Notes under the pieces: generated by a model
Databases searched by the model: none
Told to the model about the DNA's origin: nothing
The model's input: only the letters and a program-made list of their open reading frames with translations
DNA from: an uncultured delta proteobacterium
Lineage (GTDB): Bacteria; Myxococcota_A; Polyangia; Fen-1088
Reading direction: 5' to 3'
DNA: 64,000 nt
Assembly: GCA_963755125.1 (NCBI GenBank)
Contig: CAVWIP010000011.1
Span: 64,001 to 128,000, forward strand
Shown: piece by piece, positions 20,983 to 32,818 of the stretch
Position numbering within the stretch: position 1 is the first letter of the stretch
Layout of the letters: each line of letters opens with the position of its first letter
Position numbers and translations under genes: made by a program

Positions 20983-22089
20983 TTAGATCTGCGTCTTCAG
21001 CTTGCGCCGATCCGTGCGCCGCTCGATGGCCAGGTCGATGAGGCGTGCAATAAGCTGTTTCTGCGACACACCCGAGGCTTCCCACATTTTCGGGTACATG
21101 CTGATGGCGGTGAAACCTGGGATAGTGTTGACCTCGTTCACGTAGAGCGTGCCGCTCTGCCGGTCGAGGAAAAAATCCACCCGCGCCATTCCCGCTAGCT
21201 CCAGACAACGGAAAGTGTCCACCGCCAGCTTGCGCACGCGCTCGGTCAGTTCAGGCGGGATATCGGCCGGGATCCTGGCGTCGGCGCCGTCCGCGTCCAC
21301 GTACTTGGCGTCGTAGGAATAGAAGCCGTCCTTGTGATGAACGACGATCTCAGCCGGCATGGAGGCCTGCGGCTCGTCGTTGCCCAGCACCGCGCACTCG
21401 ATCTCGCGCGCATTGACCGCTGCCTCCACCAGCACCTTGCTGTCGAACGCCAGCGCGGCCCGCAGCGCCGGTTCCAGCTCGGCGACGGTCTTGACCTTGC
21501 TGACACCGACCGACGATCCCGCGTTGGCCGGTTTCACGAACACCGGGAAGCCCAGCTCCGACGCGTGCGCCAGCGTGGCCGCGCGGTCGCGCGAAAATTT
21601 GCGCGCGGTGACCAAACGCCATGGCACCACTGGAATTCCAGCCTGCGCCAGCAAGCGCTTGGCCACGTCCTTGTCCATGCCGATGGCCGAGCCGAGCGTC
21701 CCCGGCCCGACGTAGGCGATGTCCGCCAGCTCCAGCAGGCCTTGCACGGTACCGTCCTCGCCGTAGGTTCCGTGCAGCACCGGAAACACGACGTCGTCGT
21801 GGCGAAGCAAAGCGCGTGGCGCGATCGCGGTCTCGCTAGTGTCGGGGTAGACCGGCACTTCCAGCGCGCGCCCCACTGCTTTCAGGCTGAGCGTGCGCGG
21901 ATCGCCTGTGGCGCCCAGCAGGGTCTGCTCGGCCTCGGGTCGCCAGCGGCCCTGCTTGTCGATGCCGATCAACACCGGTTCAAAGCGGTCACGGTCGAGC
22001 GCGACGAAGACATTGCGGGCCGACAGCAGCGACACCTCGTGCTCTGCCGAGCGGCCACCGAAGAGAATGATGACGCGGGTCTTGTTCAC
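20983..22089 (-). CDS. ddl: D-alanine--D-alanine ligase
   Basis: FGGRSAEHEVS, FPVLHGTYGEDG, KPANAGSSVG, FYSYDAKY, NEVNTIPGFT..SMYP. Confidence 0.97.
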   Translation of the reverse strand: MNKTRVIILFGGRSAEHEVSLLSARNVFVALDRDRFEPVLIGIDKQGRWRPEAEQTLLGATGDPRTLSLKAVGRALEVPVYPDTSETAIAPRALLRHDDVVFPVLHGTYGEDGTVQGLLELADIAYVGPGTLGSAIGMDKDVAKRLLAQAGIPVVPWRLVTARKFSRDRAATLAHASELGFPVFVKPANAGSSVGVSKVKTVAELEPALRAALAFDSKVLVEAAVNAREIECAVLGNDEPQASMPAEIVVHHKDGFYSYDAKYVDADGADARIPADIPPELTERVRKLAVDTFRCLELAGMARVDFFLDRQSGTLYVNEVNTIPGFTAISMYPKMWEASGVSQKQLIARLIDLAIERRTDRRKLKTQI

Positions 22090-22183
22090 AGTCTGACCCT
22101 ACTACCCGCAAGCGCCTGCTTCCAGTTTGTGGCCTGGTGATTTCGTGGTCGTGGACGTGGCCGAAAAAATCTCCGACCACGTT

Positions 22184-22802
22184 CTATCGCGTCGCTGTCA
22201 GCGCTGCCTCGGACGCGGCGTTCGCCTTCTCCTCACGCACGCGCAGCAAAGCGAACTCGGGCCGCACCGCCACCGCCAAGGACAAGAACCGATCTCCTTC
22301 GCGAAACATCAGTTTCGCATCAACCATCTCGCCAAGCTGGTCCGCGACCTCTTGCTGTGACAGCGCGCCGGCGAAACGTCTGGCAATCTCCTGCTCGGAA
22401 CGGATATTGGTGCAGAAGAGGTAGAGATCACGCCAGCTCCTGTCCAGGGTGAAGACCTGGAAGTCCTTGCGCCGATCGACGATCTCGAGAAATTCGCCAC
22501 CGTCGTAGTAGACCATGGCTTTACTCTCGACTGCCAGCAAACTTGACCGTTTGAGAAATTCCGCGCGTCTCCGCCAGCGCTTGACCGCTGCCAGAACCGG
22601 ATCCCAGGAAACCGGGTCGGCGACCAGATCGTGGTCGCGGTAGGGCAAATCGAGGCGAGAGCCGACGTCGTCTGGAAGCGCAGCGAGGTAGCCCGCGTGC
22701 GACCCGCGGTTCGTGGTTTTGAACGTACGCCGACAGCGCGCCCAGAGCAGCCGAGGGAGCATCAAACATAGCCCACGGCATGGAGACCAGTTCGAGATTC
22801 AT
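22184..22802 (-). pseudogene. internally deleted RiPP-maturation B12/radical SAM protein remnant
   Basis: N-terminus MNLELVSMPW....PSAALGALSAY in one frame joined to C-terminus LYLFC..IRS...LMFREGDRFLSLAV in another; radical SAM core (CxxxCxxC) missing. Confidence 0.65.
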
Positions 22803-22827
22803 GGTCGCGCCAGCAGTCTACATGAGA

Positions 22828-24918
<2,091 letters not shown>

Positions 24919-24950
24919 GGAAATCCTCAGCAAGAACGCCGCGAAGCTGC

Positions 24951-26297
24951 TTACGCCCGGCCGCGCATCAGCCGTTTGACCGTGCCCGAAAGCGCGAACA
25001 GCGCCGCGCCGGCAATCAACGTGACTACCACGAACATGAGGAAGAAATCCGCCTGGCCGCCCAGGATGTGGAACACCTCGCCCCGTTCGACCTTTTCCAC
25101 CAAGCCAGCCAGCACGCCCGCGCAGCGATCGGACACGAAGAAGGCCAGAAACCAGATGCCCATCATCAGCGAGGCGAAGCGCGCCGGCGCCAGCTTGGTC
25201 ACCATGGACAAGCCCACGGGCGACAGGCACAACTCGCCGCAGGTCTGCAACACGTAGGTCGCGATCAACCAGAGCGGGCTCACGCGGGCACCAGCGTCGG
25301 ACAGGCGCGCGGCCACCACCATGATGGCGAAGCTGGCGCTGACCAGGAACAGGCCCGTTGCGAATTTTACCGGTGTGCTCGGCTCGCGACCGCGCGCCGC
25401 CAGCCGGCTCCACATCCAGGCAAACAGCGGCGCCATCACGATGATGGCAACCGGATTCACCGACTGGAAATAGGGCGCGAGGAAGTCGATGCCGAGAAAC
25501 TGTCGCCCGGTGCGTTCCTCGGCGAAGAAGTTCATGGACGAACCCGCCTGCTCGAAGGCGACCCAGAAGAAGATGTTGAAGAAGGCCAGGATGGCGATGG
25601 CGGCAATGCCGCGCCGATCGTCGGAAGAGAGCGGCTGGTGGACGTCACCTGCCCGCTCGGCGACCCGGCCTACGGGCACGTCGCCGATGCCGGGCAGATA
25701 GCGTTTCTTGAAGGCCAAGTAGGTGACAAGGCCGGCCACCATGCCCACGCCCGCCGCGCCGAAGCCCCAGTGCCAGCCGAAGCGCTCGCTCTTGGCCAGG
25801 TAGCCGCAGATCACGGGCCCCAGCGCTGCTCCCGTGTTGATGCCCATGTAGAAGATGGTGAACGCGGCGTCGCGGCGGCGGTCGTCGGGCTGGTAGAGCT
25901 GCCCCACCATGGTCGAGATGTTGGACTTGAAAAATCCCGTTCCCAGAATGATCAGCGCGAGCCCGACGAAGAATGTTGGCCGGCTGGGCACCGCCAGGCA
26001 GAAGTGGCCCGCGGCGATCACGATGCCGCCGATGATGAGAGCGCGGTGGGTGCCCAAAAATCGATCAGCCAGATAGCCACCGAAAAGCGGGGTCAGGTAC
26101 ACCAGGCCGGTGTACCAGCCGTAGAGGTTGGCCGCCTCCTGCTTGGACCAGCCGAAGCCGCCGGCGGTGCTGACCAGGAACAACACCAGAAACGCCCGCA
26201 TCCCGTAGTAGGAGAACCGCTCCCACATCTCCACGCCGAACAGCAGGAAAAGTCCCGGCGGCTGTCTGGATGGGTTTCGCTCCGGCAAGCTACACAC
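24951..26297 (-). CDS. POT/PTR family proton-dependent oligopeptide transporter
   Basis: EMWERFSYYGMRA, GGYLADRFLG, GTGFFKSNIS, FYMGIN, GELCLSPVGLS. Confidence 0.95.
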   Translation of the reverse strand: MCSLPERNPSRQPPGLFLLFGVEMWERFSYYGMRAFLVLFLVSTAGGFGWSKQEAANLYGWYTGLVYLTPLFGGYLADRFLGTHRALIIGGIVIAAGHFCLAVPSRPTFFVGLALIILGTGFFKSNISTMVGQLYQPDDRRRDAAFTIFYMGINTGAALGPVICGYLAKSERFGWHWGFGAAGVGMVAGLVTYLAFKKRYLPGIGDVPVGRVAERAGDVHQPLSSDDRRGIAAIAILAFFNIFFWVAFEQAGSSMNFFAEERTGRQFLGIDFLAPYFQSVNPVAIIVMAPLFAWMWSRLAARGREPSTPVKFATGLFLVSASFAIMVVAARLSDAGARVSPLWLIATYVLQTCGELCLSPVGLSMVTKLAPARFASLMMGIWFLAFFVSDRCAGVLAGLVEKVERGEVFHILGGQADFFLMFVVVTLIAGAALFALSGTVKRLMRGRA

Positions 26298-27687
26298 CCA
26301 GAACCAGAATCACGCGCACATCCTTGGTACCCAGGCCATTGCCCACGTCCAGGCCCACCAGAGGCATGGCCACGGTCCGCAAATAGAAGCGCAGGCCCGC
26401 GCCGGCCGAGCTGTGCAGATCCTCGTTGAACTGAAACCCCTGATGAAGCAGGCTGGGCGGCAAGAACTGGCGACCGTCGGATCGGATCTCGTAGGCGTTA
26501 CCGTCGAGAGTTTCCGGCGGCAGCTTGCGATACCAGATGGCCGCGGCGTCGTTGAAGACCAAGCCACGAACGTCAAGGTCCCACAGCGAGAAGAGCGGGA
26601 AGTGGTACTCGACCTGGGTGCGCAGGTGCGTGTCGCCTTGAAACTGCCGGTACAGATACCCGCGCAGGTTGGTCCCGCCGGCCGAATTCTCCGCCCACAG
26701 TGGCAGATTGTCGCCCGCCGTCCCGCCCGCGCGCACGATCAGGTTGTGACGGCGAAAGAAGCGAATCCCGTGCTCGTACGACGAGCTGGCCTTCCAGTAG
26801 TTCAGCTTGTCGTCGCCTCCCCACCGGGTACCCCCGATCTCCAAAGAAAATCCAAGGGCGTTGCCGTACATGACGGCGTGCTGGCGGGCGCGAAAGTCGA
26901 AGGTCACATTGGCAGTCCCAGCGCCCCGCCGTCCACTGACCGCGGCTGCCGGCGGTGGACTGCCTGGACTGCCATTGATGGCCAGCGCGTAGCTGTTGCT
27001 CAAATTGGGGGCCGACCAGAGCACGTCGTTCTGATCCAGGATCCATCCCACCGAGGTGCGCACCTTGCGGAACCACGCCACGCCCGCGTTGACCTCGCCG
27101 CCGTAGGAGCGCAGCTTGGTGTTGCGCAGGGGGGACAGGGGCAGGTCGGGCAGGTCGGCATAGTCGTTGCTGTACTCAGGAATGATCTGTTGCTCGAACT
27201 TCCCCTTGATGGTGAAGAAGGCCCATGTCTGCCACACCGCCGGATCGTCGTAGGCCACCAGCGCGCCCGAATCGACATTGGAGATGCGTCCGCCGATCAC
27301 CCCGCGCTTGCCTCGACCGAAGAGGTTGCCGTGGGCAATGATCGCGCCGCCCGAGATGTTGCCTGGCGAATAGGAAAAGGTGGGCAGCGGAACCCATGGA
27401 AATTTTTCCTTGACCACGATGTTGATGCGCACCCCGTCCTGGTACGGCTCCCAGTAGACATTCACGTCCGCAAACAAGCCGGAGGAGTGCAGGCGCTCGC
27501 GCATGATGTCCAGGGTGTCCGGCCGCAAGAGCTGGCCGATGGAAACGCCGGCGATGGAGCGGACGGTCTCCTCGTCGGTGCGAACCGCGTTGAGAACCCG
27601 GACGTCCGTGATCACCTCGTCCAGCGCCCAAGCCGGCGCGGCGGACAAGCTGACCGCGAGCGCGGCAAGACAAACCAGGAAGCGCAT
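26290..27687 (-). CDS. Omp85/BamA-TamA family outer-membrane protein with a single POTRA domain
   Basis: Signal peptide, POTRA-like RL..SGLFADV....V.INIVVKEK, GNLFGRG, GGTNLRGY..RQF.GD, GAGLRF. Confidence 0.85.
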   Translation of the reverse strand: MRFLVCLAALAVSLSAAPAWALDEVITDVRVLNAVRTDEETVRSIAGVSIGQLLRPDTLDIMRERLHSSGLFADVNVYWEPYQDGVRINIVVKEKFPWVPLPTFSYSPGNISGGAIIAHGNLFGRGKRGVIGGRISNVDSGALVAYDDPAVWQTWAFFTIKGKFEQQIIPEYSNDYADLPDLPLSPLRNTKLRSYGGEVNAGVAWFRKVRTSVGWILDQNDVLWSAPNLSNSYALAINGSPGSPPPAAAVSGRRGAGTANVTFDFRARQHAVMYGNALGFSLEIGGTRWGGDDKLNYWKASSSYEHGIRFFRRHNLIVRAGGTAGDNLPLWAENSAGGTNLRGYLYRQFQGDTHLRTQVEYHFPLFSLWDLDVRGLVFNDAAAIWYRKLPPETLDGNAYEIRSDGRQFLPPSLLHQGFQFNEDLHSSAGAGLRFYLRTVAMPLVGLDVGNGLGTKDVRVILVLGV

Positions 27688-27776
27688 ACGCCCGCCATCT
27701 TAGCACTGTCCGAGCTGTTCCTTGCTGTCGACGCAGCAGAAACCCGTGGCCTTCTTGTCTCTGTTCCCCGTCGGTA

Positions 27777-29312
27777 CTAGTTGCCGGCGTCGGCGGTCGA
27801 GCTCTGCGTGGCCGGGACGCCGTTCTGATCGCAGGAGTAGAACGAGTCGTACAGTCCAACCACCGGCACGTTCTGGCCCCCCACATTGTTCTGCCAGGCG
27901 CAGGTCGGCATGCAGCAGTCCTGCATGGTCGTGGTCGTGTAGCCGGACTTGAAAGATGAATCCGCGGCGGCCTGCGCTGGCGTGGTGACAGCCGGGTTGA
28001 CCGCAGGCAAGCCTTGCGACGCCAACTCGCAGCCGGTGACCTGCATGAGGTGGGTCGGACATTCGACACGCTTGGCGTAGATCTGCCAGTTCATGTGGTA
28101 GTACGAATTCGCGGCGTTCGACTGGGTGCAAGAATGGATAGATTCGCTGGTCACAGTGGGCGAGGCCGAGTTGAACTTCCCGCATTGGGTGGCCACGGCG
28201 CTCTGGCAGGTCGTGGATGATAGGCTCGCGGTGGTTACCAGGCCATTGGCCTTGCAACCGGCGATCTGCGTCGCCGCGTTTTCGCCGCCCGAGCCGGGTT
28301 CGCCGTCCGGCGGAAACTCGGTATAGAAATACTTCCCAGAAGGGCTCGCCGGGGACGCGTTCGGATCGCATGCGTTGAAGGCGCCGAAGCCACCCGCGCC
28401 CATGAACACGTCGAAGTTCTTGCCACCGCCCGCCGACGTGTTGAAGGCTTGAACCACCAGAGGCGGTGGGATGGGAATGGCCGAGGCGCCGTTGCCGCCG
28501 ACCTGGGCCACGTTTTCCGGCAGGCTGAACACCAGTTGGTAGCACTGGCAGCAACTGATGGTCACAGTGCCATCGATACCCCCAGTATCCACGTCGTGGC
28601 CCACCACCGCGTAGTTCAAGCCCGGGGTGCCGTCATCGGCCGCCGCCTGAACCATTTCGTCGGAAAATAGCATGAAGCGCGGGCAAAGAAAATTGATTCG
28701 CGCGCCTTGCTTGGTGCCCTCGCAGGCATTCTGCCCTGGCGTACACACGCCGCCTCCAGGACTGGTTGCGACCCCCGACTGGCAACCCGGAATGAAGAAC
28801 TGGTTGATCAGCTGGTTGGGTGGGTCGAGCGCATAGGCAATGGGGGGTGGGCCGGAATCGAGAGGAGCGTCAACGCCGGCATCGGCACGCGAGGAGCCAC
28901 TTGTGCCCGACGAGCCGCCCGAGGAGGATGGGCCGCCCGAACCGCCGCGGCCGGCCGTCGAGGAGCCGCCAGTCGATGACCCGCCAGTTTCGCCCGCAGC
29001 CCCGCCCGTGGCAGGGGTTCCGCCCGAACCCATGGAGCCGCCGCTGGCGGAGAAGCTGCCACCCTGCGAGGAACCTCCCGTGCTCGACGAACTGCCGGTG
29101 TCTGTCGAGCCGCCGGCGCTAGCCGAAAAGCCCCCAGTACTGGTGCGACTGGCGACGATGCCACCGCTGCTTCCACCCGAGTTGCTCGACGGCGTGTCGC
29201 CGCCCTGCCCACCAGGATTCGTGGGAGACGACTTTGCGCATGCCGCGAGCATGACGGCAACGGATAGAAACAACGCCCGGTGCCCGTGGACTTGAAGGCA
29301 GGCGATGGTCAT
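27777..29312 (-). CDS. circularly permuted GH45-like endoglucanase lipoprotein
   Basis: Lipobox LAAC, Gly/Ser linker; CCQCYQLVF, LVVQAFN, NFDVFMGAGGFGAFNAC and RVECPTHL.QVTGC come before the C-terminal TTTTMQDCCMPTCAW...YSCDQNG. Confidence 0.82.
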   Translation of the reverse strand: MTIACLQVHGHRALFLSVAVMLAACAKSSPTNPGGQGGDTPSSNSGGSSGGIVASRTSTGGFSASAGGSTDTGSSSSTGGSSQGGSFSASGGSMGSGGTPATGGAAGETGGSSTGGSSTAGRGGSGGPSSSGGSSGTSGSSRADAGVDAPLDSGPPPIAYALDPPNQLINQFFIPGCQSGVATSPGGGVCTPGQNACEGTKQGARINFLCPRFMLFSDEMVQAAADDGTPGLNYAVVGHDVDTGGIDGTVTISCCQCYQLVFSLPENVAQVGGNGASAIPIPPPLVVQAFNTSAGGGKNFDVFMGAGGFGAFNACDPNASPASPSGKYFYTEFPPDGEPGSGGENAATQIAGCKANGLVTTASLSSTTCQSAVATQCGKFNSASPTVTSESIHSCTQSNAANSYYHMNWQIYAKRVECPTHLMQVTGCELASQGLPAVNPAVTTPAQAAADSSFKSGYTTTTMQDCCMPTCAWQNNVGGQNVPVVGLYDSFYSCDQNGVPATQSSTADAGN

Positions 29313-29656
29313 GGGTTTTCCTTCTGTACTTCTGGACAACGTTGACGCTGAAACTGCCCCACCTGGCACCAAGCCCGGCCTCGCGCACGCCTCAATCATA
29401 CACGAGATAAAGTGAAACGCGCGGTCGGGCCGGGGCCGGCGGGGCGGTGCGCAGGGGTCATCTGATGTGTGGCGATTGTTGAAATTTCCACCCGCAACCG
29501 GCACGGCAGGCTGTTGCCCGGGCCATCGGCTGATCTCGACCACCTGATCCCTGGCGTCATGGGCGGTGCCCAGGACCCTCGCCGAGGGGCTATCCGCGCC
29601 TTCGTGTCGCGTCGGAGTTGTGCCCGTCGCACTTGCCGGGTACGTTACTGTCGCCG

Positions 29657-32167
29657 ATGGTTCCCCCAGATTCTTTCCCGGCCCGCTATTGCCGTTTCGT
29701 CTCCCGCCACGCCGGCACAATCTTGGCCGTGGCATCCGTGTTGTTCGTCGTCGCCGCGCTGCTGGCCTCTCGCCTGGAGCTGCGCACATCGTTCTCCGAG
29801 TTGTTGCCCAGCGACGATCCCGGCGTGGTGGCTCTGACCAAGACACAGGAGCGCATGGGCGACATGTCCTTGCTGCTCATCGGCGTACGCTCGCCCGACC
29901 GCGACGCCAACCTCCGCTACGCCGAGCTCGTGACACGCAAGCTGCAGGCCCTGCCCAAGAACGTGGTTGAGTTCGCCGCCTGCAACGTGCGCGATCTGCG
30001 CTCGTTCTTCAAAGAGAACAAGTGGCTGTACGCCAGCGAGGACGATCTGATCGAGATCCGCGACCGTTTGCGCCGCGAGATCACCAAGCGCAAGAATCCC
30101 TTGCTGGTCGATCTCGACGACGACGAAACCGTCGAGCAGATGAAGGACCGCCTGACCAAGCGCGACTGGTTGAACGACCGCTTCCCCGACGGTGTGTTCA
30201 GCAACAAGGACGGCAGCTACGTCTGGGTGGCGGCCCTGCCGCCCGGGGGCGTGTTCGGCGAGCGGGCCGGCGAGGCCATCTTCCAGGCGGCCAACCAGAT
30301 CATCCGGGACAACGACCCGCGCAGCTTCCACCCCGAAATGCTGGCGCACGTGGGAGGCCCGGTGGCCACCCTCATCGCCACGCGCGCGGCGGTGGAGCGC
30401 GACATCCTGTGGGTCACGGTCACCTGTCTGCTCATCGTGGCCGCCTCGCTGTGGGTCTTCTTCCGTCGTTTCCGCGCCGTGCCCCTGGTCGGCGTCTCGG
30501 CGGTGATTGGCTCGGTCATGGCTTTCGCCATGGCCGAGTTGCTCTTCGGCTACGTCAACTCGTCGACTGCGTTCCTCGGCTCGATCATCCTGGGCAACGG
30601 CATCAACTACGGCATCATCCTCATCTCGCGCTACCAGGAACTGCGCGCCGAGGGTCTGCCCGCGCCGCAGGCACTGGAGCAGGCTCTCGCCGGCGTGATG
30701 CGCGGCACCGGGGTGGCGGCGGTGTGCGCGTCAGCCGCCTACGCCACGCTGATGCTGACCAGCTTCCGCGGCTTCTACCAGTTCGGCGTGATGGCGGCCT
30801 TCGGTCAACTCTTTTGCTGGCTGCTCACCTTCACCGTGTTGCCCGCCCTGTTCCTGGTCATCGACCGCCGGGCCTCCGCAGAACGCGCGTCCGATCGGCC
30901 GCCCATCAATTTCGCCTTCTTGCGACCGCTGCTGGCCCAGAACCCCGGCGGTGTCACTCTGGTCGCCGCCGTGCTCACCGTGGTGTGCGGCTACGGCGTC
31001 CTGCACTTCGTGGACGCGCCCTTCGAGTACGATTTCCGCAAGCTCAACGCGAAGCTGGATTCCACCGAGGATGACAAGGCGTTCAACCGCAGCATGGAAT
31101 CTCTCTTCGGCCGGTGGCCTTCCCCCACCATCGTACTGGCCGATTCACGAGCGGAAACCGAATCTATCCGCCAGGCCATCAAGAAGCAGGATCGCGCCAC
31201 CGGCGACAAGCAGGTGATCGGTCAGATCGTCACCGTCTATGATCTTCTGCCGGGCACGCCCGAGGTGCAAACCCGCAAGCTCGATCTGCTGGCCAAGATC
31301 CGCAAGCTGGCCCACGACCCTGCCCTCGACGTGCTCACCGCCGACGAACGAAAACAGATCGATGCCGTCGATCCACCCACCCGTCTGCACCTGCTCACCC
31401 CAGAGGAGCTGCCGGCGCTGGCGCGGCGGCCGTTCACGGAAGCCGACGGGACGGTGGGCCGCGTGGTGCTGGTCTACCCGGTCGAGGAGAACTTGTCGGT
31501 GTGGAATGGCAGGGATCTTCTGCGCATTGCCCGCGTCCTGCAGGTGCTCCACCTCGACGACGAACACAAGACCATCGACACCTCGGGCAGCGCAGTGGTC
31601 TTCGCCGCCATGATTCGCTCGGTCCTGCACGACGGCCCACGCGCGACGGCCGCCGCCCTGCTCGCGGTGCTGCTCCTGGTTCTGCTCATCATGCGGCCCC
31701 TGTCGTCCGCGGGCGCAGCCATCGCCACCCTGCTTCTGGGCGTGATCTGGATGCTGGGCGTGGCGGGCCTGTTTGCCGTCAGGATCACCTTCCTGAACTT
31801 CATCGCTTTGCCCATCACCTTCGGCATCGGCGCCGAATATGGTCTCAACGTGGCCGTGCGCTACCGGCAGGATCGCGACATGATCCGCGCGGTGATCTCC
31901 ACCGGCGCGGCTGTGGCGGTTTGCTCGTGGACCACCATCGTGGGCTACGGCTCGCTGCTGGCCGCGCGCAACCGGGCCTTGCAGGGGTTCGGCGCCATGG
32001 CCATTCTGGGCGAGCTGGCTTGCATCAGCGCGGCGATCCTGGCTTTGCCTGCCACGCTGCTGTGGATCGGCCGGCGCCGGCACCCACATGGGAACCCTGA
32101 CAGGGTTCCCATACCCTCCCGCGATGGTGCGCCCCCGGCTAAGCCGGCGGGCTCCCCACGCGACTGA
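29657..32167 (+). CDS. MMPL/RND superfamily transporter
   Basis: Two repeats of TM + large loop + 5 TM; ILGNGINYGI..ISRYQE, ITFGIGAEYG, TTIVGYGSLL. Confidence 0.9.
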   Translation: MVPPDSFPARYCRFVSRHAGTILAVASVLFVVAALLASRLELRTSFSELLPSDDPGVVALTKTQERMGDMSLLLIGVRSPDRDANLRYAELVTRKLQALPKNVVEFAACNVRDLRSFFKENKWLYASEDDLIEIRDRLRREITKRKNPLLVDLDDDETVEQMKDRLTKRDWLNDRFPDGVFSNKDGSYVWVAALPPGGVFGERAGEAIFQAANQIIRDNDPRSFHPEMLAHVGGPVATLIATRAAVERDILWVTVTCLLIVAASLWVFFRRFRAVPLVGVSAVIGSVMAFAMAELLFGYVNSSTAFLGSIILGNGINYGIILISRYQELRAEGLPAPQALEQALAGVMRGTGVAAVCASAAYATLMLTSFRGFYQFGVMAAFGQLFCWLLTFTVLPALFLVIDRRASAERASDRPPINFAFLRPLLAQNPGGVTLVAAVLTVVCGYGVLHFVDAPFEYDFRKLNAKLDSTEDDKAFNRSMESLFGRWPSPTIVLADSRAETESIRQAIKKQDRATGDKQVIGQIVTVYDLLPGTPEVQTRKLDLLAKIRKLAHDPALDVLTADERKQIDAVDPPTRLHLLTPEELPALARRPFTEADGTVGRVVLVYPVEENLSVWNGRDLLRIARVLQVLHLDDEHKTIDTSGSAVVFAAMIRSVLHDGPRATAAALLAVLLLVLLIMRPLSSAGAAIATLLLGVIWMLGVAGLFAVRITFLNFIALPITFGIGAEYGLNVAVRYRQDRDMIRAVISTGAAVAVCSWTTIVGYGSLLAARNRALQGFGAMAILGELACISAAILALPATLLWIGRRRHPHGNPDRVPIPSRDGAPPAKPAGSPRD

Positions 32168-32324
32168 CATGGGAACCCTGAGAGGGTTCCCATACCCTCC
32201 CGCGATGGTACGCCCCCGGCTAAGCCGGCGGGCTCCCCACGCGACTGACATGGGAACCCTGAGAGGGTTCCCATACCCTCCCGCGATGGTACGCCCCCGG
32301 CTAAGCCGGCGGGCTCCCCACGCG
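32086..32324. repeat. 81-bp tandem REP-like palindromic repeat, ~3 copies
   Basis: Units start at 32086, 32167 and 32248; each has ATGGGAACCCT-GA(C/G)-AGGGTTCCCAT and CCGGCT-A-AGCCGG hairpins. Confidence 0.95.
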
Positions 32325-32369
32325 TGACACGAATGGATTCGCTGCCGCCTTCGGGCTAGAGTGCCGGTC

Positions 32370-32816
32370 ATGCACAAGAAGGTGGAATCGGGGCGTCAGA
32401 GTTCGGATGCGAAGCGGAAGCGGTCTTCCGACGCGCGCCAGACGCACGCCGGCGCGCCCAACTCTGTGACCGAAGGCTCTCTCACGGAGACGACTGCAGC
32501 GGGCACTGTGGCAAGGGAGCCATGCACCAAGATCCGTTGCAAGGGCGCCACCCGCTACGGCGATCCGTGCCGGTTCTGGGCGCTGGCCGACAGCGAGTTC
32601 TGCTACTGGTGCGAGCAAGCGGGACGCCCCCGGTACCCCTTGCCTGTGCCCACCGGCGAGGCCGCCCGCGCCGCAAGCATCAAGGAGATCCACAAGAAGC
32701 GCTGCCAGGGCGTCACCGTGTTCGGTGACCAGTGCCGCTTCTGGGCCGTGGGCTTCAGCGACTACTGCCTGTGGTGCGCGGCCTCTCAGGCCGGGCCGGC
32801 GGCGACCGGCACCTGA
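32370..32816 (+). CDS. small protein with two Cys4 zinc-finger-like repeats
   Basis: RCKGATRYGDPCRFWALADSEFCYWC and RCQGVTVFGDQCRFWAVGFSDYCLWC (C-x9-C-x10-C-x2-C). Confidence 0.75.
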   Translation: MHKKVESGRQSSDAKRKRSSDARQTHAGAPNSVTEGSLTETTAAGTVAREPCTKIRCKGATRYGDPCRFWALADSEFCYWCEQAGRPRYPLPVPTGEAARAASIKEIHKKRCQGVTVFGDQCRFWAVGFSDYCLWCAASQAGPAATGT

Positions 32817-32818
32817 CC

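Noticed and set aside
24919..25413. 165-aa N-terminal extension of the prolyl oligopeptidase in the ORF track
   Set aside because: Overlaps the POT transporter in another frame; family similarity begins at MATTIPT (24918).
32086..32324. CRISPR array
   Set aside because: Units are identical end to end with no unique spacers, and no cas genes are present.
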